Under the pieces are notes generated by a model. That model was not told the DNA's origin. It made no database searches and saw nothing but the letters and a program-made list of their open reading frames with translations. From NCBI GenBank assembly GCA_035536995.1, contig DATLNB010000047.1:1047-65046 (forward strand): a stretch of DNA of 64,000 nt. The letters run 5' to 3'. This DNA comes from Chthoniobacterales bacterium. Lineage in GTDB: Bacteria > Verrucomicrobiota > Verrucomicrobiia > Chthoniobacterales > UBA10450. Shown here one piece after another: positions 11,301 to 18,652 of this stretch (positions within the stretch are counted from its first letter, which is position 1; each line of letters opens with the position of its first letter). The position numbers and the translations under genes are program-made.

Positions 11301-11547
11301 CGGCGGCGAGATCACGACCCTGGCAGAAGCCTTTTCGAGTGCGGGCGCCACTACCGTTCTCGCCAGTCTTTGGAGCGTGGGTGACGAGAGCACCAAGGAG
11401 CTGATGGTAGAGTTTTATAGCCAGCTGGCGGCCGGTGTTTCCAAAGCCGAGGCGCTCCAGAAAGCCGAATTGAAACTACTGAAGAACCCGAAATTTTCCC
11501 GCCCGCTCTATTGGGCTCCTTTTGTTCTGATGGGAGACTGGCGGTGA
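8335..11547 (+). CDS. Secreted TPR-repeat protein with C-terminal CHAT (caspase-like) protease domain
   Basis: Signal peptide (ISLLIFLVLSARPEAGAQE). About 750 aa of TPR-like helical repeats. CHAT hallmarks at the C-terminus: IVHFATHG (His), TLSACES (Cys), LASLWSV.D, PLYWAPFVLMGDWR. Confidence 0.85.
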   Translation: MKSASRFISLLIFLVLSARPEAGAQEASPTPKLGRAELEAQFKKVEAERTAAKPNTKERADAANTAMQAASDIAWIAFDDGKFDEAATWFATSATLKEDNEANARGYWDEYLRTTALELDGKVDERIKTDREQLKTAEEAKKPMLLKLIHGWEKLRYLNRYNAVTMLQQIARENNNAADLLKYYEQELAIRRAEMSYLEKAKAPEAELVEKTAHLATALERVASAEADLALFEQAEKHALEALSLRRGLPEEMAERKLDESLTALARMYAYNVGDLRKARDYFQQSLTSIETSAAVRKKALEEDRFYTAEQKAAMSKEELAKHEESRAQTRDMKIALDAMSLAMALVNLGEISQEDGDFKGAASYYEKALKVGTELPQGGFMNVFEMFRARIRARVLGDLASLHAESGEVELALKELNETISLKRSIGQDDWTAQSMIQAADLANNKGDIANARRLVEQARQIFAAAHKLNNVVQATGFLAIIARDEEKLDEAARYAEEALLLARKTGNLGALSGAARTFASIRVKQNKLAEAKALIDEAQAADARTGSVNDRIGSLGIAGEVLEAQGENEKALEAYKEAVKLVETVRATVASESAFADVKRNYRPYERIVRALIKLNRVDEAFDYLNRAKSKKLQDSLRLSSVKTGDKAMQALLDRATGLETKLQATTAQLQTEQAKPEGDRDKARIENLKQVVASTQGEFRKVVEQIKSSNPNYEKFMTVNPKALKETQRSIPPGTMLVQYAPLGEQLYVFLVSKESIKIVISPAQPEELWKKIKTVRKQITSGESAGPLNKNLTALYDALIAPIESDLETIKVIAFIPNQLLFYLPMQALAKKQPDGSTRYLIEDKQIVYLTAADVMKVVQPPDDEKSPGGMVAFGNPAGANLPAAEIEVKAIAEVFPSTEVLAGPQVTKAAVHAEQRLNKRIVHFATHGILNATAPSESYIQLAASAGPSEGHLTVGEVWDLPLKKVTLVTLSACESALGDKEPDGGEITTLAEAFSSAGATTVLASLWSVGDESTKELMVEFYSQLAAGVSKAEALQKAELKLLKNPKFSRPLYWAPFVLMGDWR

Positions 11548-11585
11548 GGTTGACTGTTTAGCCGCACCACGAAACGTCCGTTTCG

Positions 11586-11876
11586 TTACGCCGAAAGGTA
11601 GCGCGCCAGGACCATTAGCCACGTCCCCAAGACCGCTGCGCCGATATAACCAATCAACAGGCCGACCAATGCCACAGACCTGGCCAGAGAACTCCGCCCG
11701 TCAGCGCGGTGACGAGCCAACGCGACGTGTCCGCAAATAATCGAAGGCACCGCTGTGAGCCCGAATGTCAGAATGGCGAATACGCCAAGTGTGAAGGTCC
11801 AGATCGGTAACGCGGAGAGTTCTTCCTCACGGTCTTCAATCAACCGCGCAGGGATGGCCTGACTGCTAGTCATCAT
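11586..11876 (-). CDS. Small membrane protein (DUF4190-like)
   Basis: Two hydrophobic helices with the GHVALARH motif typical of DUF4190-type proteins. Start moved to the internal ATG-ATG at 11871-11876; the longer listed ORF adds a basic, non-membrane extension. Confidence 0.55.
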   Translation of the reverse strand: MMTSSQAIPARLIEDREEELSALPIWTFTLGVFAILTFGLTAVPSIICGHVALARHRADGRSSLARSVALVGLLIGYIGAAVLGTWLMVLARYLSA

Positions 11877-11982
11877 GGTTCGGAGTGGACGGGGCGCGAC
11901 CGTTCTTTTGCAAAAAATCTCGCAGCGGAAATCACGCAACGGCCGCTTGTGAGTTCGTTCCCACCTCTGGTAAGAGAAGTGC

Positions 11983-12624
11983 ATGGAACCCGGCGAAACA
12001 GCGCGCGAGAAATCGAAGGAGGAGAGGGCGCCCTTCGTCTTCGGGGTGAGCGGTCACCGGGATCTGGTGGCGAGCGATATTCCCGAACTACGGCGGCAAC
12101 TCGATATCGTTTTCGCCCGTTTTTGCGCGGCCCATTCCGCCTGTCAGTTCCAACTCCTGACGCCGCTGGCAGAAGGCGCAGATCGCCTCGCGGCAGAAGT
12201 GGCCCTGGCGCACGGCATCAATTTATGGGTGCCCATGCCAATGGCCCAGGCGGACTACGAACGGGACTTTACTGCTCCCGAGTCGCTTGCGGAATTTCGA
12301 CGGCTGCTTGGCTTTGCGGAAAGAGTGTGGCGGATTGACAGCCCGGCGAATACCAGCCGCGACGATCAATACGCCGCGGTGGGCGATTTCATCGCGCGAA
12401 CGAGTCACGTCCTTGTTCTTTTTTGGGACGGTCAGCTGAACGAAATGAAAGGGGGCACCGGCTGGGTGAAGCTGCGGCGGGACCATTGGATCGGAAGCGC
12501 GGGAATGAATCCCGGCCCGCCTGGGTACGTGGGAACGATCCAGATTGTGACGCCGCGGGCGACGGGCGCAAAACGCGGGGAGAGACAGCCCCGGATCGAG
12601 GTTAAAGGCGAGCTCCCCGCTTAG
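11983..12624 (+). CDS. Stand-alone SLOG-like (LOG/DprA-fold-like) domain protein
   Basis: Motif series FGVSGHRD ... PLAEGADRLAAEVAL ... LWVPMP ... LFWDG...KGGTG. The same series occurs in the central domain of the convergent neighbour (VFSGHM ... AASGSDILFAEAML ... HLVLPWP ... VWDGYTGAPGGTG). The superfamily call is an inference from motif pattern. Confidence 0.6.
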   Translation: MEPGETAREKSKEERAPFVFGVSGHRDLVASDIPELRRQLDIVFARFCAAHSACQFQLLTPLAEGADRLAAEVALAHGINLWVPMPMAQADYERDFTAPESLAEFRRLLGFAERVWRIDSPANTSRDDQYAAVGDFIARTSHVLVLFWDGQLNEMKGGTGWVKLRRDHWIGSAGMNPGPPGYVGTIQIVTPRATGAKRGERQPRIEVKGELPA

Positions 12625-14531
12625 GTTCGTCCTGAGACCGCTGTGCGTTCGATGCTGTAGACGCGGAACAATCCGTAGCTTTTTGCCAGGGCAGTCGTGC
12701 CCACCAGATCACAGGTAAACCCTTTGGATTGATCCGCCGCGGCAAGAGCGGCGAACTCTTCGCTCGTGAATACTTCGCCTTCGTGAGTAATCGGCTCGAT
12801 CCTCGCGGCCCGACTGACGTGCGCTCCGGTAAAGGATATCTGTCTCACTACCGGATCGAAGTTAACGTAAACCGGGCCGGCGTGAATTCCGATGCGGATG
12901 TTAAGCTGATGAGGCAGACCTAGCTCTACCCAGTCAATCGAGGTAACCATGTCGCGTAGATCAAGCGCGAACCGGCCGGCATCTTCTACCCCGTTGAAAA
13001 CAAAGAAGAGGCCATCGCCCCACGTGTTGCAATTCACCGGAGCGGCCGGACTATCGGCGATCAAACGCGAAACGCGCTGATTGAATTGAGCGACGTACTT
13101 CGGGATGACCGTCTCCGGCAGCTTACTGTAGCCGACTACGTCCGCGAACATGATCGCCTTGATCTCCTGACGCCCCGAAGCGCGCACCCAGGCTTCGAAC
13201 TCGTCGTCGCTGTTACTCGCATCAACGTCGAATGTTTCAGTGTCGTGAAGCATGGAAGGGGGCTTCGTGGCAATCGGAACGACCTTTACCTGGGCGCCAT
13301 GATTTCTCCAATAGCGGACAAAGGATCCTGTCCCGCCAGGAGCCCCGGTATAGCCGTCCCAGACCGCGAGCGGCGTGATTTCCAGATCGAGGGAGCGCGC
13401 GAAAATCCGCGCCAGCCCGTTCATGGCGAGATTGCAGTATTCGAAACCGGTCGCGCTGCCCGGCATATAAAGCTGGCCAAGGATACGGATCGAAGCGGCG
13501 CGATCGAGGACGTTCTCAAATCGCTTTACCCAGGCGCCGTTACTCGCAAGCGCGACGCTTGTCCTGACGAACTCCTCGGCCGGCCACGGAAGGACAAGGT
13601 GGATGCTCGCGCCTCGTTCGAGCATTGCTTCCGCGAACAGGATATCCGAACCCGATGCAGCGCTCGAGAAACCGATCCCGGCGTTCATTGCCGCGAGTTG
13701 CTTCTCCAGAAGCGCCTTTATTTCGCCTTCCTTTTCCTGTGGGAAACGCGGGGTCCGCCGATCCGGCGCATCGATCATGTGCCCCGAGAAGACAACGAGC
13801 TTCGGGATAGGGAAACAGTCGTCGAAAAGGTCTGATCGTCCGTAGAGTTGCCGCGACAGGGTGCGGGCCTGCTTTCGAGTGGATGAGAAGGCGCGCAGGT
13901 TATCCTTCTCCATCCCGACCGCGTTGCGGTAAGCGCGTTTGGCTCCGTCGGCGTCGCCCAGAATAACCAAAGCTTCGGCGACGGTTGCCAGTTTCCAGTA
14001 ATCGTCCGGTTGCTTCTGGCAGATATCGAGAACCATGGTGGCGATCTGCTTCGCCTTGCTCGTCTCCTTGAGAAGTAAAGCTATGGTTGCCGCATTGATT
14101 CCTGGATAAGAGTCGGGCGGATGAACTTCAAAGGCCCGGTTGTAATGCTCGAAGGCCTGGCGGAGTGGCTCCTCGTCGGCAGGGTCGGCGCACCATTGGT
14201 CTTTGTAGGTCCTTCCAAGGATGCTGAGAGTTTCGCGATTGGTCGGGTCCTGTTCGATCAGAGCATTTAAAATTGCCTGGGCCCGGGCAGGGGAACCCAT
14301 CTGGGCGAGAGAGAGAGCCATTCTTTGTTGCAGCCAGGCATCGTCGGGATGGCTCTCGAGAGCGGCCCGCCCAGCGTCGTAGGCAGTCAGGAACTCACCG
14401 GCGGAAAGAGCGCGCTTAACGAACGAATGGACCGCCTTAATGTCGTCCATCCATTCCGTGCGGCGGCGCCAGAGCTCGTGGAGGGCAACGCTGGCGCTGG
14501 TGGCGTTATTGACTTCGGACAAATCGGACAC
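12621..14531 (-). CDS. Three-domain protein: TPR-like (DUF4071 / TRAF-binding-domain-like) - SLOG-like - class III adenylate/guanylate cyclase
   Basis: The N-terminus has GRTYKDQW ... YPGINAATIALL ... DYWKLATVAEALV. The centre carries the SLOG-like motifs (about 13272-13805). C-terminal cyclase motifs: IMFADVVGYSKL, NTWGDGLFFVF, IRIGIHAGPV, FTGAHVSRAARIE. Its stop overlaps the stop of 11983-12624 (TTAG at 12621-12624). Confidence 0.8.
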   Translation of the reverse strand: MSDLSEVNNATSASVALHELWRRRTEWMDDIKAVHSFVKRALSAGEFLTAYDAGRAALESHPDDAWLQQRMALSLAQMGSPARAQAILNALIEQDPTNRETLSILGRTYKDQWCADPADEEPLRQAFEHYNRAFEVHPPDSYPGINAATIALLLKETSKAKQIATMVLDICQKQPDDYWKLATVAEALVILGDADGAKRAYRNAVGMEKDNLRAFSSTRKQARTLSRQLYGRSDLFDDCFPIPKLVVFSGHMIDAPDRRTPRFPQEKEGEIKALLEKQLAAMNAGIGFSSAASGSDILFAEAMLERGASIHLVLPWPAEEFVRTSVALASNGAWVKRFENVLDRAASIRILGQLYMPGSATGFEYCNLAMNGLARIFARSLDLEITPLAVWDGYTGAPGGTGSFVRYWRNHGAQVKVVPIATKPPSMLHDTETFDVDASNSDDEFEAWVRASGRQEIKAIMFADVVGYSKLPETVIPKYVAQFNQRVSRLIADSPAAPVNCNTWGDGLFFVFNGVEDAGRFALDLRDMVTSIDWVELGLPHQLNIRIGIHAGPVYVNFDPVVRQISFTGAHVSRAARIEPITHEGEVFTSEEFAALAAADQSKGFTCDLVGTTALAKSYGLFRVYSIERTAVSGRT

Positions 14532-14624
14532 GGATTGAAGAACGCGGTCGCGCGAGAAGGTCTGCGCTCTATTAGCCGATGGCTCCGAAGCTGACCAGTA
14601 ATTTTTGCGATTGAAAAAAACGTG

Positions 14625-15836
14625 TTAGTGGCGGCAGCAATCGTGCGGACCCGATCCGTGATCGTGATCGCATTCATGATCGTGCTGGCCAGTCTCGTGG
14701 TCGTGGCCGCAATCGTGATCGTGATGATGGTGATGAGCCGACCACGATGGGAATGGATCGGCCAGGCGCTTCCAGGCTGCGGGGCCCCCAACCATTTCTT
14801 CATCGGTTAACAAACATCCATCCAACTCAGCGCGGACGACAGCGGGCTCCAGGTCCACGGTCATCAACGCGATCGCCTGCCGCCGGTCGCCGAACGGTTC
14901 CTGCCAGTGTTTCCGTGTCCCTGCCGACATTTCCCGGTCGCGCGTTTCTTGATCGCGCGTTGCCCACCACTCGCCCGCGGCGCCGCATTGGAGCTCGGTT
15001 CCCGCCAGGTTGAGACCGCCGACGAGGTCCATTCTCGTGGCGAGCCAGACAAAGCCTTTGGCCCGGAAAATCTGGCGCAGGTCGCTCTGGAGAAGGCGCC
15101 AAAGACGCTCCGGATGGAATGGTTTCCGTGCGTGATAAGCAAAGGCGGTCACCCCATGCGGATACGAGATGGGATCTGCTTGCTCCTCAATAAGCCGGCG
15201 CCATTCAGCCGCGTCGAGCACAGCGGCAAAGTCGAGTGTCTCTCCGCTTATCCTGGTGACCATGTCACTGGGGCCGTTTCCCCGAAGGTCAGGCAAGGTC
15301 GCCCGGGGATTGAGCGCGCCAAGGACGGCGCGGGCAAGGCTAACTTCGGAATCGTCCGCTGCTGGGTCGAGGAGGATGCTGCCGGCGAACTCGAGTTGCT
15401 CAACGATAAAGCAGACCGGCTGCGTCGAGGAACCTTTGCGGTCGGGCAGGAGCAAGTCCAGGACGGTTGTGGGGGCAATAGCCATCGCGGCGTGACTTAA
15501 TCGCACTGCGCCCGATGAGTTTTCGTTCTCGAGTGCAAACAAAGAGGCATAGGCCATGATCGGCTGGCCTTCGTCGCAGTGGACGATGAGGTGGTCGAGG
15601 CCACCATGCCCCGCGATGGTTTTGATCTGATGGCTGATCTCCGCCGGACTAGATGTCGTTAGGTGGAACAAGCGCGGGTCCGACTCCGCCGGGCCACCGG
15701 GGACTTGCGGGGTTAATAATCCGATCCGCGCGTTCTGGTTCCCGGCATGCCAAAGTTGCCTGGCCGCAGACGCGGCGGATGGTCCGCCAATAATAGACAC
15801 GGGCAACACGGCCGTGCCGTCGACAACGTCTTTCAT
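14625..15836 (-). CDS. CobW/COG0523-like protein with degenerate GTPase motifs, CobW_C-like domain and His/Asp/Cys-rich tail
   Basis: The C-terminal half resembles CobW_C (GVTAFAYHARKPFHPERLWRLL...IFRAKGFVWLA...DRRQAIALM). The tail is HHHHHDHDCGHDHETGQHDHECDHDHGSGPHDCCRH. The expected Walker A position reads VSIIGGPSAASAA. No CxCC or NKxD equivalents were recognised. Confidence 0.65.
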   Translation of the reverse strand: MKDVVDGTAVLPVSIIGGPSAASAARQLWHAGNQNARIGLLTPQVPGGPAESDPRLFHLTTSSPAEISHQIKTIAGHGGLDHLIVHCDEGQPIMAYASLFALENENSSGAVRLSHAAMAIAPTTVLDLLLPDRKGSSTQPVCFIVEQLEFAGSILLDPAADDSEVSLARAVLGALNPRATLPDLRGNGPSDMVTRISGETLDFAAVLDAAEWRRLIEEQADPISYPHGVTAFAYHARKPFHPERLWRLLQSDLRQIFRAKGFVWLATRMDLVGGLNLAGTELQCGAAGEWWATRDQETRDREMSAGTRKHWQEPFGDRRQAIALMTVDLEPAVVRAELDGCLLTDEEMVGGPAAWKRLADPFPSWSAHHHHHDHDCGHDHETGQHDHECDHDHGSGPHDCCRH

Positions 15837-15845
15837 CTTGCTGGG

Positions 15846-16745
15846 CTAGCTGGCCGGCGGTGGTTTCCCAGCCCGCGCAACCGGTGCCGACGGCGGCGGC
15901 TTTCCGGCGCGTGCCGCGGGCGCAGCTGGCGCATCCGCGGACACGACGTTGGGCGCGGTCACATCGCTGCGCCATGGAATAGCAAGCCGATGCAGAATGG
16001 ACTTGGCTTCCAATGGTGCGAGGTCAGGCATCTGCGAAACGAGCCGCGCGAGCAGAGCGCTCATGATAGGCGCCGCGAAACTGCTGCCAGTGACTTCCTT
16101 GGTCCCCTTGTTGTTCCAGGGAAGAGTAACGTCCACGCCGCGAGCAGCGAATTCAACGAGATGGCCGGGTTTGTAGAAGAAGGTGTGGTCCTCGTCGAAC
16201 CGCGCCATGTTAACTGTAACCACGCTGGGGAAGTAGCCGGGCCATTCGGGCGTGGTAAAGTCGTAGTTGTTACAGGCGGAGACGATGTGGATGCCTTTCA
16301 GGTAGGCTTCGTCGATCCACTCCTTGTATTGAAAGATGTGCTCGGACAACCCGCAGCCGAAGCTGCAGTTGAGGATGTGATAGCCCCGGTCAATCGCCTG
16401 TCTGACTCCTTCCCGAATAATGACAGTGCGCGACCCCAAATTCGCTCCGAGCACCCGAATGCTTCCGACCCGCGCGTCGGGTGCGATCCGCCGGATCACG
16501 GCTGTAACGGCGGTGCCGTGGCCGAAGACATCGGTCCCATCACCTTCTTTGACTTCGATTTGGACGCCGGCATCGACGACGTGCAAATCGTCAACGAGAG
16601 AAAGGCCCGACAGGGCCGGATGATCGGTCTCAACTCCGGAATCGATAACTGCGATGCGAACCCCCTTGCCGGTGCCCTCCTTTAAGGCGCGCCGTGCTTC
16701 CTCGAGGCGGAACGGGCTCGGATCCCGGGTCAGAGTCGATTCCAT
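15846..16745 (-). CDS. S8 (subtilisin-family) serine peptidase without a signal peptide
   Basis: Catalytic triad contexts AVIDSGV (Asp), GHGTAVTAV (His), GSSFAAPIM (Ser). No N-terminal hydrophobic segment. The C-terminus has a duplicated Pro-rich unit ARAGKPPPSAPV/ARAGKPPPAS. The start overlaps the GAF gene end by 16 nt. Confidence 0.85.
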   Translation of the reverse strand: MESTLTRDPSPFRLEEARRALKEGTGKGVRIAVIDSGVETDHPALSGLSLVDDLHVVDAGVQIEVKEGDGTDVFGHGTAVTAVIRRIAPDARVGSIRVLGANLGSRTVIIREGVRQAIDRGYHILNCSFGCGLSEHIFQYKEWIDEAYLKGIHIVSACNNYDFTTPEWPGYFPSVVTVNMARFDEDHTFFYKPGHLVEFAARGVDVTLPWNNKGTKEVTGSSFAAPIMSALLARLVSQMPDLAPLEAKSILHRLAIPWRSDVTAPNVVSADAPAAPAARAGKPPPSAPVARAGKPPPAS

Positions 16746-17353
16746 CCCACTGCAGTACCGAGAAGCCGGTAATCGATCAAGTCTCTTACGACCGCAGCGA
16801 TGGTTTGGATGGCGTTCAGCTCGGGCGGCCCAAAGCCCGACGGCGTCTCACCGGTCGCGGCAGCCTGGCCATCGTGAACCATGACGTCGAGGAGCTGGAC
16901 ACACGAAATAACGCCGCGGACCTCGTTCAAAAAATAGAGCGGCACCGCGATCATCGCGTAAGTCGTCTTCTGCAGCTTTTTATCGAGGGTGGCGCTGTGC
17001 TTGGCGTTCTTGAAGACCTGGTTTTCGACAAAGGCATGCTCGCTCGCCACAACCAGGCTAACGATGCCCTGACTGACCGGCTGCTTGAAGCCCATGATTT
17101 TTTCGGTGTTCGGACCGCTGTTGTAGGCCACCACCAAATGTTGCTTTTCGGAGTCAAGTAACCAGATGCTCCCTTCGTCCGCTGAAATTCGCGCGAACGT
17201 GTCTTTCAGAAGCTTGAGCAGCATCTCGTCGCAAATGCTGAGAAAATTTTCCGGATTGATCGCGGCTCCCAGCTTCGCGAGATGTTCCTGGAGCGCGGGG
17301 CGGAGCGCTGCCAGACGCTGTTCCGGCAGGAAATTTGCGCGACTGGCCTTCAT
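16730..17353 (-). CDS. GAF domain protein
   Basis: GAF-like core (EGSIWLLDSEKQHLVVAYNSG ... GIVSLV ... AMIAVPLYFLNEVRGVISCVQ). Overlaps its upstream gene by 4 nt and its downstream gene by 16 nt. Confidence 0.75.
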   Translation of the reverse strand: MKASRANFLPEQRLAALRPALQEHLAKLGAAINPENFLSICDEMLLKLLKDTFARISADEGSIWLLDSEKQHLVVAYNSGPNTEKIMGFKQPVSQGIVSLVVASEHAFVENQVFKNAKHSATLDKKLQKTTYAMIAVPLYFLNEVRGVISCVQLLDVMVHDGQAAATGETPSGFGPPELNAIQTIAAVVRDLIDYRLLGTAVGWNRL

Positions 17354-17583
17354 TCGGGCGGTTGCCTGATCGCCTTGGTCTCCGTGACCAGCGCAGAAAT
17401 TAGCTCGGGATGTTCCTGGAGCAGCTTCTTCATCTCAGTTCGCTCTTCTTCACTGCATTTCCCATGGGCAAACCTGGCGATCTTTTCCCGGAGCTCTGCC
17501 GGGATCGCCGCGCCGGTGCGACCCGCAACTTCGCGGGCGTCACCATCGAAGAACTCCAACAGGGTTTTGAAATCATCATTCAC
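17350..17583 (-). CDS. Short soluble anti-sigma-factor-like protein (degenerate zf-HC2-like)
   Basis: 77 aa with no TM segment. FAHGKCSEEERTEMKKLLQEHPEL mirrors the anti-sigma pattern (Y)LDGELSPEER..VE.HL..C..C, with the metal ligands replaced. Sits directly downstream of an ECF sigma gene. Confidence 0.45.
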   Translation of the reverse strand: MNDDFKTLLEFFDGDAREVAGRTGAAIPAELREKIARFAHGKCSEEERTEMKKLLQEHPELISALVTETKAIRQPPE

Positions 17584-17739
17584 GGCAAAAGAGTGGTCAA
17601 AGAAAAACGGGAGTCAGGTCATGGTTAGGAGCCCACGAGCGGGTCACGGCGCGGTGGAGATTTACCGGCGGCATCCCGTTGTTTATGCTCAGTTCTTAGA
17701 CTTTTCGCACAGCGCATTTTGCGAATTATCTTCCAGGGT

Positions 17740-18450
17740 TCAAAAAACATCCGAGGAACCGGCGCAAAGCTCGACGAAATCTTCCCAGCGCAGCTCGAGC
17801 CATGGATCGATCCGCTTTAGCTCCGCGAGGATGATCCGCGATACGCTCTGCCGCGTTCCGTCCAGCGTCCGGCTTACTTTCGATTCGTGCCAGCCCCACA
17901 TCCGCGCGATCTCTCGCTGCGTGAGATCGTGCAGGTGAACCAGTTTCAACATCAGGACCGCGTCAGGCTCCTGCTTCGCGAAGGCGCGCTTGATCGCGTC
18001 CCGCAGGAGCTCGACGAGCCGTTGTTCGCTTGTTTCTTTTTCAGGTTGCGGCCGGCGATCGAAGAAATCTTCAGGCGAATCCGGCGAAGGCGATACGTCG
18101 ACGCGAAAGCTTTGCCGCCGCTTAAGATCGACCAGCCGATTGGTTGCGACGGTAAGCAACCACGATTCGAGCGCGCACCGTCCCTGATATTTGGAGAGCA
18201 GCGGCTCGCGATTCCCGCGCGGGGCAAAACAATCAGCCCAAAGGTCGGCAACCAGGTCTTCCGCTTCGGTTTGGCTGGCGCCGCGGGCGCGAAGGACGCC
18301 GACGAGCTTGCCGTGGTAACGGGTCCGGAGTTCCGCTGCGGCGGCTGCGTCCGTGGCCAGAACCCGCTGGACGAACGCGAGATCCTGTTCATGGCGCGAT
18401 GGAGCCAGGGCCTGCATAAGGAAAGGGAGGATGAAGTTGGCTTCCCGCAT
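17740..18450 (-). CDS. ECF-type sigma-70 family RNA polymerase sigma factor
   Basis: Region 2 (DLVADLWADCF ... LESWLLTVATNRLVDLKRR) and region 4 (LMLKLVHLHDLTQREIARMWGWHESKVSRTL). The listed 373-aa ORF runs through tRNA-Arg, so the start is trimmed to the ATG at 18448-18450 (alternative ATG at 18417). Confidence 0.8.
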   Translation of the reverse strand: MREANFILPFLMQALAPSRHEQDLAFVQRVLATDAAAAAELRTRYHGKLVGVLRARGASQTEAEDLVADLWADCFAPRGNREPLLSKYQGRCALESWLLTVATNRLVDLKRRQSFRVDVSPSPDSPEDFFDRRPQPEKETSEQRLVELLRDAIKRAFAKQEPDAVLMLKLVHLHDLTQREIARMWGWHESKVSRTLDGTRQSVSRIILAELKRIDPWLELRWEDFVELCAGSSDVF

Positions 18451-18475
18451 CGTCAATGATTTTGACCGCGCCGCG

Positions 18476-18549
18476 CGTGCCTGGAGGGATTCGAACCCCC
18501 AACCTGCTGATCCGAAGTCAGCTGCTCTATCCGGTTGAGCTACAGACAC
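18476..18549 (-). tRNA. tRNA-Arg (anticodon TCG)
   Basis: Hand-folded 74-nt cloverleaf: acceptor GTGTCTG/CAGGCAC, D arm GCTC-AACCGGATA-GAGC, anticodon arm GCTGA-CTTCGGA-TCAGC, variable loop AGGTT, T arm GGGGG-TTCGAAT-CCCTC, discriminator G. No encoded CCA. Confidence 0.9.
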
Positions 18550-18652
18550 TCGCGCGGTCAAGGTGTCGGAGCCAGCGAGAGCGTGCAAGTCACGAAGCGA
18601 TGCCGTAATCGGGAAATGGGCGCTGTCCTGTGCAATATTTCCACCAGAGCCT

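Noticed and set aside
6186-14531. The two class III cyclases as CBASS/Pycsar-type antiphage signalling systems
   Set aside because: No adjacent effector of the known types (TIR, patatin, a TM effector with a cyclic-nucleotide-binding domain, or an endonuclease) is present. One cyclase has a CHASE2 environmental sensor, so a defence role cannot be supported from sequence alone.
14628-14735. GTGATCGTGATC-type DNA periodicity considered as a microsatellite or regulatory repeat
   Set aside because: It is the reverse complement of His/Asp codons (CAC/GAT/CAT) encoding the His-rich tail of the CobW-like protein, so it is coding and not a separate element.
15747-16685. 312-aa plus-strand ORF
   Set aside because: It is antisense to the S8 peptidase gene, which has a clear Asp/His/Ser triad. 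The composition is Arg/Gly-rich shadow-ORF-like.
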